Positions 38,762-52,794 of a stretch of 64,000 nt of DNA are shown piece by piece (position 1 is the first letter of the stretch; every line of letters starts with the position of its first letter). A program made the position numbers and the translations under genes. The notes beneath the pieces were generated by a model that was not told the DNA's origin, ran no database searches, and worked only from the letters and a program-made list of their open reading frames with translations. Origin of the DNA: Eledone cirrhosa (taxonomy: Eukaryota); contig OZ024752.1 in assembly GCA_964016885.1 (NCBI GenBank), positions 37,448,001 to 37,512,000 of the forward strand. Direction: 5' to 3'.

Positions 38762-39740
38762 TTTACAGTGTGTACTGGGTGCTTTTTGTCATGACACCCA
38801 CACGACCACTTTACAGTGTGGACTGGGTGCTTTTTGTCATGACAGCCACACGACCACTTTACAGTGTTTACTGGGTGCTTTTTGTCATGACACCCACACG
38901 ACCACTTTACAGTGTGGACTGGGTGCTTTTTGTCATGACACCCACACGACCACTTTACAGTGTTTACTGGGTGCTTTTTGTCATGACACCCACACGACCA
39001 CTTTACAGTGTTTACTGGGTGCTTTTTGTCATGACACCCACACGACCACTTTACAGTGTTTACTGGGTGCTTTTTGTCATGACACCCACACGATCACTTT
39101 ACAGTGTTTACTGGGTGCTTTTTGTCATGACACCCACACGACCACTTTACAGTGTTTACTGGGTGCTTTTTGTCATGACACCCACACAACCACTTTACAG
39201 TGTGGACTGGGTGCTTTTTGTCATGACAGCCACACGACCACTTTACAGTGTTTACTGGGTGCTTTTTGTCATGACACCCACACGACCACTTTACAGTGTT
39301 TACTGGGTGCTTTTTGTCATGACACCCACACGACCACTTTACAGTGTTTACTGGGTGCTTTTTGTCATGACACCCACACGACCACTTTACAGTGTTTACT
39401 GGGTGCTTTTTGTCATGACACCCACACGACCACTTTACAGTGTGTACTGGGTGCTTTTTGTCATGACACCCACACGACCACTTTACAGTGTGTACTGGGT
39501 GCTTTTTGTCATGACACCCACACGACCACTTTACAGTGTGTACTGGGTGCTTTTTGTCATGACACCCACACGACCACTTTACAGTGTTTACTGGGTGCTT
39601 TTTGTCATGACACCCACACGACCACTTTACAGTGTTTACTGGGTGCTTTTTGTCATGACACCCACACGACCACTTTACAGTGTGGGCTGGGTGCTTTTTA
39701 TCGTGACACCCACATGACCACTTTACAGTGTGGGCTGGAT
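38762..39740. repeat. 48-bp minisatellite (~20 copies) from SINE tail module
   Basis: tttacagtgtttactgggtgctttttgtcatgacacccacacgaccac unit; explains the 333-aa ORF. Confidence 0.95.
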
Positions 39741-40004
39741 GCTGTATATGAAAAATAAAGCTGACATGGTGAAATATCTCAGAGAAAATTCGAAAATAAA
39801 CTCAAGCAGTTTAAAAAATTTAGGGTGGAAATAAAACTAAACATTAAACAATGGAACAGTGTGATTTCTTCTGAAAATGGTTCAGTGAGTAACATAGATA
39901 TGAATATAACTTAATAAATAGATATGTTTTTAAGATAAGGATTAGTGTAATAAATACAATTTGACCATTTGTACTGACATTTTCTTTTTTTTTTCTTTTT
40001 CCAG

Positions 40005-40015
40005 GTCGAAAATAA
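40005..40015 (+). CDS. ASPSCR1: ASPSCR1 last coding exon (GRK-stop), followed by 3' UTR
   Basis: Branch-like ctgac, long T tract, ccag acceptor; phase 1; TAA at 40013-40015. Confidence 0.8.
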
Positions 40016-40526
40016 CACTGCTTCCAGCTAAGGGATGAAACAAAAAAAATATATATATCTACAAATTACAATATTTTGTGTCTATCTTATCAGTTACATA
40101 GTTATAAGTCATTACTTATGACTTCTACCAAAGTGATTTCTTTTTTGTAATGCTATTTCTTTTTTAGTATTTTTTTTCTTTTCTACATATTACCTTCTGG
40201 TGAGTTTTAGTTACTACTTTTATTTTTGAAGTTTTCAACACTCACATAATAATGATTTCATTTATTGGCCACAAGGGCCAACATGTAGGGGACAATACAA
40301 AGACAGACTGTGGGGGGGTTTACAAACAGCATACAAAAGATAGCACTACTAGGCACTGCACGCATTACGAAAAGTACTATTAATACAACAAAAACAACAT
40401 CAGCCAAAACTACACTGCTCATACCCAAGACACACAGAGCTGTGCTCGGTAAAGCAGTAATGATTCGCAATAATAATAATTATACATATTTCTCTTGCTT
40501 CAATGAACAGAAATAATTATTCAATG

Positions 40527-40680
40527 AATAAAAGGATTTTTACACATTTGTTGATATCCAAGTTAAGCTCAAACATTTTGACCTAGAAATAAACTATTTT
40601 TGGACTAAACTTTCTGGCATATTTCAAAATAAAAAAGTTAAAATTAAAATTGAAATGCTTTATATTTAATAGAAATAAAA
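40527..40680 (+). promoter_or_regulatory. Cluster of candidate AATAAA polyadenylation signals for ASPSCR1
   Basis: Four AATAAA hexamers about 0.5-0.7 kb after the stop; the AT-rich context lowers specificity. Confidence 0.4.
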
Positions 40681-41064
40681 ATATTAATTGCTAGTGAAAA
40701 CATTTACTAATAAATTGTGTCCATGTTACAAGAAATGCAGCCTTTTGAGGTCGATAAAAAATAATTGTTTCTACGTTAGGCACAAGGCCAGCAATTATCC
40801 AGTGCATTACTGGTACTTTATTTTATCGACCCCGTAAGGATGAAAGGCAAAGTTAACCTTAGGTCGATAAAAAATAATACCAGTCAAATACTGAGGTAGA
40901 TTCTTCTATATCTATTTCTTACTTCTATTCTCTATCCTTCTCTGAAAGAAATCTGCTGAGGACAGTCCTATACGAGCAAGACAACCAATCTTGCCTCAAG
41001 TGGGACAATTCCCGTCCAAACCCATGCTAGCGTGGAAGATGGACGTTAAACGATGATGATGATT

Positions 41065-41995
41065 CAAACCTGGAAAGGAGATGGGCTCTGCTTAAAATGC
41101 CCAAGAACTGCTATATGCCACTACGGCATCCCTATAACTTCATCAGGAGTATGAGACGATACATACATACAAGAACCGCAGCCTTTCATCCATTCGGGGT
41201 CAATAAAAAAAATTACCATTGTTGTACTGGGGTAGATTCTTCCTCTAATATCTCTTTCTCTCCTTCTCTGGAAGAAAGCTACTGTATTCAGACCTGGAGA
41301 GGAGGTTTGAGCTCTGCCAGGCTTAAAATACCCAAGAAACATTGCATGTCACTGTGGTGTCACTATGAGTTACAGGACCATACTTACATACAAATATAAT
41401 ACCAGTCTAGTACTGGGTAGAGTCTTCCTCTCTATCATACTTTCTCTCCTTCTTCTCTGGAAAAAGTCTGCTGTATTCAGATGTGAAGAGGAGGTTTGAG
41501 GTCTGCCAGGCTTAAAATGCCCAAGAAACATTGCATGTCACTGTGGTGCCACTATGAGTCCATTATAAGTTACAGGACCATACATACATACAAATATAAT
41601 ACCAGTCTAGTACTGGGTAGAGTCTTCCTCTCTATCATACTTTCTCTCCTTCTTCTCTGGAAAAAGTCTGCTGTATTCAGATGTGAAGAGGAGGTTTGAG
41701 GTCTGCCAGGCTTAAAATGCCCAAGAAACATTGTATGTCACTGTGGTGCCACTATGAGTCCATCATAAGTTACAGGACCATACTTACATACATACAAATA
41801 TAATACCAGTCTAGTACTGGGTAGAGTCTTCCTCTCTATCATACTTTCTCTCCTTCTTCTCTGGAAGAAAGCTACTGTATTCAGACCTGGAGAGGAGGTT
41901 TGAGGTCTGCCAGGCTTAAAATGCCCAAGAAACATTGTATGTTACTGTGGTGTCCCTATGACTCCATCAGGAGTTACGGGACCATACATACATAC
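41065..41995. repeat. ~200-bp tandem repeat (~4 copies)
   Basis: accagtctagtactgggtag at 41401, 41601, 41805; gcttaaaatgcccaagaa recurs in each unit. Confidence 0.9.
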
Positions 41996-43819
41996 AAGAA
42001 CTGCAGCAAGTGACAATAACTACAGTTAGCTAACACCTTTCTCTGATATAGAGTTTCAGGCTCTAGAAATAGAATTCTGTGATACTTTATGAAATTACTT
42101 GCTGCTGCTGTTGTTGCTACTTCTATATTCTCTTCTGCATAACATGGAATGAATACTCTACTGACATCCACTACCATATATATATATATATACACACACA
42201 CACATACATACATATATATATATATAAACTCATACATATACACACAGACACACACACACACACACACAAATGAGTGTGTGTGTATATATATATATAAAGT
42301 AGTGAAGTTAACTTAAACCTTTAGCAATTAAGATTTGGTTAAGACAGTATTATATATTATTATTATTATAAAGTACCAGTAATGCACTGGGATAATTGCT
42401 GGCCTTGTGCCAAAAATAGAAACAATTATTATATATATAATAGTCATAATATAAACCAATACAGCCAATTCTGTTTCATTTCCCCACATCATGTTAGTTT
42501 TGTGAGATTTTTTTTATTTATTTCTATTTCTATTTTCTTGACTTTAATAATAAATGATTTGATGCTATGTTTTGTATTACCAGTTATATTGTCTAAACTG
42601 AAATAAAATACTTGAATGAGGCATCAAGAAAGTAACTAGTGTCTTATGAATTGTTTTCCACAATCATTTTAAGATTTCTTTTATATATCGACTTGCCACA
42701 GGTACAAGCCGAGGCTAAAGCATATAGACAATATGCCCGCACCCCCTCCCACTGCAAAGTGGTCGTGGAGGTGTCACGACAAAAAAGCACCCAGCCCACA
42801 CTGTAAAAAAGCACCCAGCACTCACTGTAAATGAGGTTGGTGTTAGGAAGGGCATCCAGCTGTAGAAATCATGCCAAAATCAGTTCCCGTATGAGCAAGA
42901 CATAGTCATCTGACCTGGCATTGCCCACAACAGGACAATCCGTTTAACCCATGCTAGCATGGAAGAATGGACGTAAAACGATAATATATATATATGAGAA
43001 AAATATAATACAATGATGACAGATATATGTTAGTTCAATGCTTGATATCCTGGTATTGTATGAAGAGAGTCTTAATGATTTGGACATTAGTCCTTCATCA
43101 GAAATAAGGATGTTTAGGAAAGAAAAGGAAGATAGATGAGTAAGAAAAAAAGAAAATGGGTGAAAATGGCAACCAGAGGAAAGCATATAGGTATATATAT
43201 ATATATGTTTGTATGCATGTGTGTGAGTGTGATGTGTAAGCTCATTGCAGGTGTAGGGTTATAAAGCAATATGAGAAGTCGGCTCTGGTGATATTTAACA
43301 CTTTAGTATTTACATTATTCTATATTTACTATTGTATTTTCACAGTAAAGGCTTTATCTTACATAATTATCTCATATAATATCAAATATACAAGATTTTG
43401 ATGTTATTTATTTTGAGAACAATGCCTTAATGTAGGTGTGAGCAGCCATGTATGGTCAGTTTGAACAAAAGGTCGTGAGAGAATTCTGGCCGGTTAGATA
43501 CAGATGGTTTAAATGTTAAAGTTAGTTGTTGTTGTGGTGGTCTATAAGATAACTGAATATGTGAGGAGGTCAATGGAAGTGTAGGACATGGTTGCTGTGT
43601 TGATGATTGAGGTTGGCTGTAGAGTTCTTTAGGGAGATCGTTGCAGGTGTAGGCTTATAAAAAGGTATGTGTGTATCTTAGCTGTGATTTAGGCTGAGGA
43701 AATCTGAGATTCAGAGATGGTTATGAATGGCCACTCACAGGGCTAGGAGAATCAGAGGTGGCTCAGATGTCATTCCAGTGATGGTGAGATTTTCCATGGT
43801 TTTATAATTAATTTAGTAG

Positions 43820-44460
43820 TCTGGGGAAAACAACTGAAGAAATTAATCCTGGAGTTGAGACAGTGGGTGGAGTTTATAAGTTTTTTTTTAGAATATTCTC
43901 CCTCTCAGCTGTACATAACTGACATTTTCTGGAACCATTGGAATAAGATCTTGACCAATCAAGTATTTTCCATTTGATGACGAAATCGCCATTTGCTATC
44001 TTTCAATTTCAGAAAATTGATCTGTGGTGTTTAAATTTGCCTTCTGTCATATACCATAGTTGAGCCTCATATACCATAGACTCCACATTACATATCTAGT
44101 TGAGTCGATATGAATGGTGTCTTCTGTAGGAAAAATCTGATGTTATAGGTTATGTGGGAGTGTGGGCAGTAATGTATGATTTTATATTCTCTGCACAAGA
44201 ATAGCTGAGTTGAATGCATTTCCTATCGAAGCTCTATATTTATGACCGATTGGGGAATGCTTATCTAATAGTAAGACTAAAAACTTTTTAACTATGTTAG
44301 TTTTGACATTACAAAGTGATGGTGGTGTAAACCATTTTATTTTTATCAGTTTATCATGGCAAATGGGCTGATTATTTGCTGGAATGTATGTAAGTTTATC
44401 TTTGAAATCACTTTTAGCATGGACATTGTTGTAGTATGGTGTTGCTTTATCAGAAATTTC
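43820..44460 (-). mobile_element. Penelope-like element remnant: linker + GIY-YIG endonuclease pseudo-ORF
   Basis: Minus-strand translation with frameshifts: IKWFTPPSLCNVKTNIVKKFL..DKH, QLSYSCAENIKSYITAH, VESMVYEAQL, MTEGKFK, IKWKILDWSRSYSNGSRKCQLCTAERENIL, LNSR. Confidence 0.85.
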
Positions 44461-44471
44461 TTTGTTGGAAG

Positions 44472-44512
<41 letters not shown>

Positions 44513-45404
44513 CAGGAAGACTCTTCATCTATATCAAAGGTATGACAACTTTCCCTATTGTTGGTGATCTACATGATAAATGCACCCAGTACACCCTGTA
44601 AAGTGGTTGATAATAGGAAGAGGAAAGGGGTCAAGAGGACTTTCCAGCTTTGTGAAACTTTATTACTTCAGAGTGAGATTAACCAGTTCAAAACTTTTTG
44701 ACTTCAAAGTGAGAACAGTTATTTCAAAGTGAGATTAACAATTTCAAAATGATTTATTTAATAGAAAATGTAACATCAAAACAACTTAACATCCTTTTTA
44801 ATGTCAGTAAAGTGAAAGTGTCTAATTACGTCATTATACAATTTTATCATCCAAGCAACAAGGCAAAAAACTCATTTATCTTTTAGAAAGCGATTGATGA
44901 GTTTTTAGTTGTTGGTTGCTTCATCATACAAACAAACACACATCTCTTTATTAACCTTCACATTACTTTTACTGCCTTTTGGATAATGAATGTTTCCTAT
45001 TTTCTCATCTATATATAGTCTAAAATTATGTTGGTTGCCATCCTCAAGTTAATGCCTATAGATTAAGCAAGATCCTTATAGTCTTCATCCAAGCCTATAA
45101 CAATTTATGAGCTAGTCAAAAACAATGTTGGATGGACAAAGGTGTCTTCATTGATCCATGTATATTTAATGCTGTTTGTCTTAGCCTTACAAAAATATAC
45201 TGTTTAGAGAATAAGCTATACCATGCTTCAAAAAGAAAAAAACAAACATTTGTGCAACGTTTTAAGAAGTCATACACTTCATCAGATTTTACCAATATAT
45301 AATTCCATAGAAAATGAGCTATTCAGGGGCAATAACTCTTTTCATTACTTTTTAACTGAACTGTAATGGAAAAAAATGGGGTTTTTTTGTTTGTTTTGTC
45401 TATA

Positions 45405-45580
45405 CCACGGTTTCTCAAATTTTTTCAAACGCGGAATCCTTTTTGGTTCAGAAATTTTGGGGGAACCCCAAAGTCTAATACTGTTATACGGTCGTAATAT
45501 GAATATAATCCTCTACTTTTTTTCGTGCAACCCCAGATACTCTTTTGCAGAACCCACTTTAGGAATGGGAACCATGATAT
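45405..45580. mobile_element. hAT-like MITE (degenerate)
   Basis: ccacggtttctcaaa...gggaaccatg imperfect termini of Charlie type. Confidence 0.4.
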
Positions 45581-46019
45581 AGTATTGTATTCTGTGCTTG
45601 AGAAAGTCTTCCTTGCAAAATCCTCTCTTTACGAAAATATATTACTCTTGGCAGATTAAATTTAAATATGCTTGAATTAAATGTGCTCACTTTGAAATCA
45701 TTATTCTCACATTGAAGTCGTATGTACACACTTATAATTACAATACTCTAGTAGCCATAATTTCCTTTAATAAGGGTGGGGAGATTGATAGTATTGATGG
45801 AGTGTCGCACAACATGCTAGTTACGTCCCATTACGTTCTGAGTTCAAATCCTGCAGAGGTTAACTCAGCTTTTTATCCTTACAGGGTTGATAAAATAAAG
45901 TGCCTGTAACACACTGGAGTTAATTTAATCGACTTCTCTACCAACAAATTGTTGGCCTTGTTGCCTAAACCAGAAATCATTATTTCCTTCAAGATAAATC
46001 ATTAATAAATTAAGTTAAC

Positions 46020-46646
46020 ATTGCCCAAAGATATTTGCTAAGCTGACCAACAAAGTATTGGTCATACTTTATTGCCCAAAGATATTTGTTAAGCTGACCA
46101 ACAAAATATTGGTCATACTTTATTGTCCAAAGATATTTGCTAAGCTGACCAGCAAAATATTGGTCATATTTTATTGTCCAAAGATATTTGTTAAGCTGAC
46201 CAGCAAAGTATTGGTCATATTTTATTGTCCAAAGATATTTGTTAAGCTGACCAGCAAAGTATTGGTCATACTTTATTGTCCAAAGATATTTGTTAAGCTG
46301 ACCAACAAAATATTGGTCATATTTTATTTTTCAAAGATATTTGCTAAGCTGACCAGCAAAGTATTGGTCATATTTTATTGTCCAAAGAGATTTGCTAAGC
46401 TGACCAACAAAGTATTGGTCATACTTTATTGTCCAAAGATATTTGTTAAGCTGACCAGTAAAGTACTGGCTATACCTTGTCCTAAGATATTTGTTAAGTT
46501 GACCAGTAAAGTATTGGTCCATACTTTGTCCAAAGATATTTGCTAAGCTGACCAGCAAAGTATTGGTCATACTTTATTGTCCAAAGATATTTGCTAAGCT
46601 GACCAGCAAACTATTGGTCATACTTTATTGTCCAAAGATATTTGCT
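46020..46646. repeat. 54-bp minisatellite (~12 copies)
   Basis: ttgtccaaagatatttgttaagctgaccagcaaagtattggtcatatttta-type unit; explains the 162-aa ORF. Confidence 0.95.
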
Positions 46647-47303
46647 TAAAATTATTCAATAATTAATTGAAAGTGTGTATTTCTTTAGAAATAAGCCATG
46701 AATGGGTTAAATTAGTCGAGTGTGATTAGAATGAGAGATTTAGCTGCTGTTTTTAGTAGGTCAAGTGATCTGGTAGAGAGATGTACCTTTGACTAACTCA
46801 TATCTATCTGTAGTCCATTAAATTATACTTATTTGTCATAAAAGATAAGTTTGAAACACATTTTTATGTTGTAGTTTTGTGTGTTTTGTTAGTATATTTG
46901 TTTTATTTCCCCCTTTCTTCATAACAGAGTTGTTTGAGTCATTTTACAGACTTTATAATAAATATATTAAATATATAATATAATAAATATAATATAATAT
47001 AGTATAAAAATGTGTATTTATTCTATATTAATTCTTCTTTGTTTTAAGTTGGATGTTAAGTGTATTTTTTTTCCAAGTCAGAAACCAACCCAGCTTACTA
47101 ATCAACTATTGAGGATGTTCACACAGTGTATTTCAATGTGTGTGTGTGTGTGTTGATGTATGTACGTGAGTGTATGTGTGTATGCGTGTGCATAATTGTA
47201 TAATTGTTCCCAGAAGGATGAACAGGGATGATTTGGGAGATAAAAGCATTAAAGCATACGGAATGTATTTGTCATACCATGTGTGTGTATATATATATAT
47301 GTA

Positions 47304-47338
<35 letters not shown>

Positions 47339-47650
47339 TACACAATAATAGTTGTGAATAATTATATTCACAATTAAGGCTGTAGAAATGTTGATAGACA
47401 GTGAATAGTTTCATAGTTTTATAGTTTTCTCTCTACAATGATAGGCAGTTGCTACTTATGTAAGGACGCCAACCACTCCCAGGTAACACCAATTTAAACC
47501 CCCCACCCCACCCACCCTACCCCACCCTACCCCACCCCACCCCACCCACCCTACCCCACCCCACCCCACAGACTTGTGTGGAATGCAATTGAACAAAATG
47601 AAATGAAACCTCTCTCTCTCTCTATGTGTGTGTGTGTATATATATTTGTG

Positions 47651-47692
<42 letters not shown>

Positions 47693-48031
47693 TACATAGA
47701 TATATACATAGATATATATATAGATATATACATACATATACATACATATACATATATATATATACATATACATACATATATATATATACATATATAGATA
47801 CATACATATATATTTGTGTGTAGGTATATATATATACATATATATATACATATATACATACATACATACCGATATATACATATACATATATACATACATA
47901 CATACATATACATATATACATATACATACATACATATATACATATATATATACATATGTATATGTATATATATATATATTCATGTCTATATATCTATATA
48001 TATATACATACATACAAATATATATATATAT

Positions 48032-48099
<68 letters not shown>

Positions 48100-48313
48100 T
48101 GTCTGTGTGTGAGTCCCGGGTTGTTCAATCAGGAGTAACCACAGTAATTAAGGTACTCAATACATTAGTAGAGTATATACAAAATTTAATATAGAAATGG
48201 CTTCTACAGGACTAGAACTGTTTCATTCGAAGGCAATCATCAGGAAAACCCTGATGATTTCCTTTGAATGAAACAATTCTAGTCCTGTAAAAGCCATTTC
48301 TATATTAAATTTT

Positions 48314-48431
<118 letters not shown>

Positions 48432-48442
48432 ATATATATATA

Positions 48443-48507
<65 letters not shown>

Positions 48508-48541
48508 ATATATATATATATATGTGTGTGTGTGTATATAA

Positions 48542-48575
<34 letters not shown>

Positions 48576-51500
48576 GTTGGAAGACACGGTCACCCAACCG
48601 ATCTTGCCTCAAATTGGGACAACTCCCGTCTAACCCATACTAGCGTGGAAGATGGACGTTAAACGATGACAATGATGATGATGATGATGATGATATATAT
48701 ATCATCATCATCATCATCATAATCCTCATCATTGTTCTTACATCCAATTTTTCATGCTGGTATGGCTTGGATGGGATGTTTTGAGACAATGTTTTACAAC
48801 CTGATATATTTCCTGATGCCAACCCTTTCAGTTGCGTCTTATAACACGCAGAGATATAAAATAATAATTGTTTCTACTTTAGGCACAAGGCCAGCAATTA
48901 CCCAGTGCATTACTGGTACTTTATTTTATCAAACCCCGTAAGGATGAAAGGCAAAGTCAACCTCGGCGGGATTTGAACTCAGATCATAAAGGGACGTAAC
49001 TCTATGCTTCAAAGCATGGCATCCGACCCTCTACCGATACTGCCAATCCACCGCAGAGATATAAAATAATAATTGTTTCTATTTTAGGCACAAGGCCACA
49101 ATTACCCAGTGCATTACTGGTACTTTATTTTATCAAACCCCGTAAGGATGAAAGGCAAAGTCAACCTCGGCGGGATTTGAACTCAGATCATAAAGGGACG
49201 TAACTCTATGCTTCAAAGCATGGCGTCCGACCCTCTACCGATACTGCCAATCCACCAATAATAAAAATTATTGTGTACAGTGCTCAGGGGCACTACAACT
49301 CATCAAAGGTGCATGTATAGTACATAGAATATTGTACAAATGTCAGGAAAGAGAACAGTGTATGAGTCATGATATACATACAGATACATGTGTGTGTGTA
49401 TGGAGGAGAATATCAGGTGTAGTGTTGGTGAATTTTGAGAAGCATGAAAGCTTTGAAGGATGCAGTATCTCAACAGCTAACATCTGATGCAAGTAGTTTG
49501 TGCCATGCTTCAGCAACTCTGAACATGAAAAAAATGGTGTATCTTTTCTGAAAACCAGAACACACACACACATTTTTTGATGAATCATCAATTTGATGAG
49601 GAGCTCATCAATGCTGAAGTTTCTCTACTACTCAAATAATGGTTTCTATTTTAGGCTCAAGGCCAGCAATTACCCCAGTGCATTACTGGTACTTTATTTT
49701 ATTGACCCCCGTAAGGATGAAAGGCAAAGTCAACCTCGGCGGGATTTGAACTCGGACCGTAAAGGGATGTAACTATGCTTCAAAGCATGGCGTCCGACCC
49801 TCTACCGATACTGCCAATCCCTACTCAAATAATGGTTTCTATTTTAGGCTCAAGGCCAGCAATTACCCCAGTGCATTACTGGTGCTTTATTTTGTCAACT
49901 CTATAAGGAGGAAAGGTAAAGCTAACCTCGGCTTTATCTGAACTCAGAATGTAAAGGGGCATAACTCCATGCTGCAAAGCATGTTGTCTGACGCTCTACC
50001 ATTACTGCCAATCTACCGTACTCAAATAATGGTTTCTGATTTAGGCACAAGGTCAACATTTTCGGGAGAGGAGAAAGTCGATTAAATTGACCCAGTACAT
50101 TACTGGTACTTTATTTGATAAACCCAGTAAAGATGAAAAACAAAGCTAACCTCGGTGGGATTTGAACTGAAGGTCAACTGTTACATAGCAACAAAAATAA
50201 GTTTTATTTAGTGATGTCATTTGTTAATTACCAACCCAGTCGATACTGACCTTGGTCATATGAAACAAAACTACCCATTTGAAAAGATTTTTATTTTAAA
50301 TATAATCTTCAAACATAATTTTATATAAGAATGGCAGTGGATTGGCAGTATCGGTAGAGGGTCGGACGCCATGCTTTAACGCATAGAGTTACGGCCCTTG
50401 CCATTCTGAGTTCAAATCCCGCCGAGGTTAACCATTTCTATTTCAACTTTTAGAGAAAGCGCCCTTTTTGTTATATTTAATCGACTCCCCTACCTAGGAT
50501 TTGTTAACTTTGTGCCTAAATCAGAAACCATTATCATATCACTCCCGCCGAGGTTAACTTTGCCTTTCATCCTTACGGGATGGATAAAATAAAGTACCAG
50601 TAATGTACTGGGATAATTGCTGGCCTTGTGCCAAAAGTAGAAACAATAATTTTATATAAGAATCATAAGTTAAGATAGTATTTTGGTAATGAAATAATTA
50701 ATAATTCTAATATATCCCTTAAAATTCTGGTTCTATGAAATAAAGTCACACATTTTAAAGCTTCCCAATTTAAATTTAAATTCTACAACATAATTTTATA
50801 TAAGAACCCTACATTAAATTACTATCTTAGTCATGAAATAATTAATAATTTTAGTAAATCCTTCAAAATTCTTCATGAATTAATTAAAATAGAGTGTATT
50901 TCTTTAGAAATACAGTCATGGAAGGGTTTAAAATACTGGAGGCACATGGCTTAGTGGTTAGAACATTGGGCTTGCAATCGAAAGGTTGTGAGTTCAACTC
51001 TCAGACCGAGTGATGTGTTGTTTCCTTGAGCAAGACACTTTATTTCACATTGCTCCAGTTTACTCAGCTGTAGAAATGAGATGATAGGGACCCCAGTCCC
51101 TATCATTCCACTGCAAAGTGGTCGTGGTGGTGCCACGGCAAAAAAGCACCCAGCACTCACTGTAAATGAGGTTGGTGTTAGGAAGGGCATCCAGCTGTAG
51201 AAATCAAGCCAGAATCAGTTCCCGTCCCACCCTGCTTGCAAAGCAGGGAAAAGCGGCCGTAAAATGATGATGATGATGATGATGATAAAGGAATATATGC
51301 CAGCCAGATTTATAATATGGTTTCGTGGTGGGGGATTGGGGGAATTGCTTATCCCAATCCTGGCATCCAGATAAGCTGAGCCAATCCCCCAGCAACTTGA
51401 AGTTTATATTGGTGAGGCAGCAGACAGATGTAATTTGGTTTCTAGAAGTAAATATGCTGCTAAATGGCAAAAAGTGTGCCTGTATATGTATGTATCTGTG

Positions 51501-51699
51501 TGTGTGAGTGTGTGTATGTGTGTGTGTGTGAAGGCACACAATATGAGAATTTTAAAAATAAACACAATACTATATATATATATGTATGTATGTATGTATA
51601 TTTGTAAGATGTATGTATGAAAAGTGTATATAAAAAAAAACCCAGATAACCAACTAAAGAAAAAGTTTGTTTGTGTCATAGAAGAACAGATGTTAAAAT

Positions 51700-52530
51700 A
51701 ATGATGATGATGGTGGTGGTGGTGGTGATGGTGATGGTGATGGTGATGGTGATGGTGGTGATGGTGGTAATGATGATGGTGATGGTGGTAATGATGATGG
51801 TGATGGTGGTAATGATGATGGTGATGGTGATGGTGGTAATGATGATGGTGATGGTGGTAATGATGATGGTGATGGTGGTAATGATGATGGTGATGGTGGT
51901 AATGATGATGGTGATGGTGATGGTGGTAATGATGATGGTGATGGTGGTAATGATGATGGTGATGGTGGTAATGATGATGGTGATGGTGATGGTGGTAATG
52001 ATGATGATGGTGGTGGTGGTAGTGATGATGATGATGGTGATGGTGGTAAAGATTGTGGTGGTGGTAATGATGATGATGATGATGATGGTAATGATGATGA
52101 TGATGATGGTGGTGATGGTGGTAAAGATGGTGATAATGGTTATGATGATGGTGGTGATAAGGTGGATGATGTTGGTAGCTAAGCAACATTATCTAAAATA
52201 ACCATCGTTTTAAACTTGCGAAGATCTTTACTTGTTTATGGTTCACTGTTGTTAGTTGGAGTGTTAGAGAGGGGGGGGGGGCAGGAAGAAGAAGAAGAAG
52301 AAGAAGAAGACAAAAGAGAAAATGAAAAAAAAAAGAATAGAAGAAGCCGAAGGAAAAGAAGATGAAAAAGATGACAAAAGAGAAGAAGAAGATGAAAGAG
52401 AAGAAGAAGGAGAAGATGATGAAAGAGAAGAAGAAAGAGAAGACGAAAGAGAAGACGAAAGAGAAGACGAAAGAGAAGAAGGAGAAGACGAAAGAGAAGA
52501 GGAAAGAGATGAAGACAATGAAGATGAAGG
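51700..52530. repeat. (GAT/GGT)n followed by (GAA)-rich simple repeats
   Basis: Directly visible; source of poly-His and poly-Glu ORFs. Confidence 0.95.
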
Positions 52531-52794
52531 AGAGGGTGTTTGGTCTTGGTCAGAGGAGGGGGTGGGCTGGCTTGTTAACAGAAAAAAAGGGGATCAGTAG
52601 GAAAATAAAGGGGGGGGGTAGCTGGGATAAATAAATATAAGTGAAAGGAAAAAAAGGAGGGGGGGTCATAGTTTTGAGAGGGAGGAAAGTATGAGACATT
52701 GGGTGGGGGGGGTGAGTGTGAGTGGGGTGGAGGTGGAGTGAGAGGGACGGGGTGGAGTGAGAGGGTGTAGAGGTAATTCTTCAAGTTGTAAATA

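Noticed and set aside
38716-39717. 333-aa ORF of 16-aa repeats
   Set aside because: Translation of a 48-bp SINE-derived minisatellite that happens to lack stops; no ATG context or splice support.
46058-46546. 162-aa ORF with 18-aa repeats
   Set aside because: 54-bp minisatellite; no domain-like features.
51404-52634. Poly-His, poly-Met/Val and poly-Glu/Lys ORFs
   Set aside because: Trinucleotide microsatellites.
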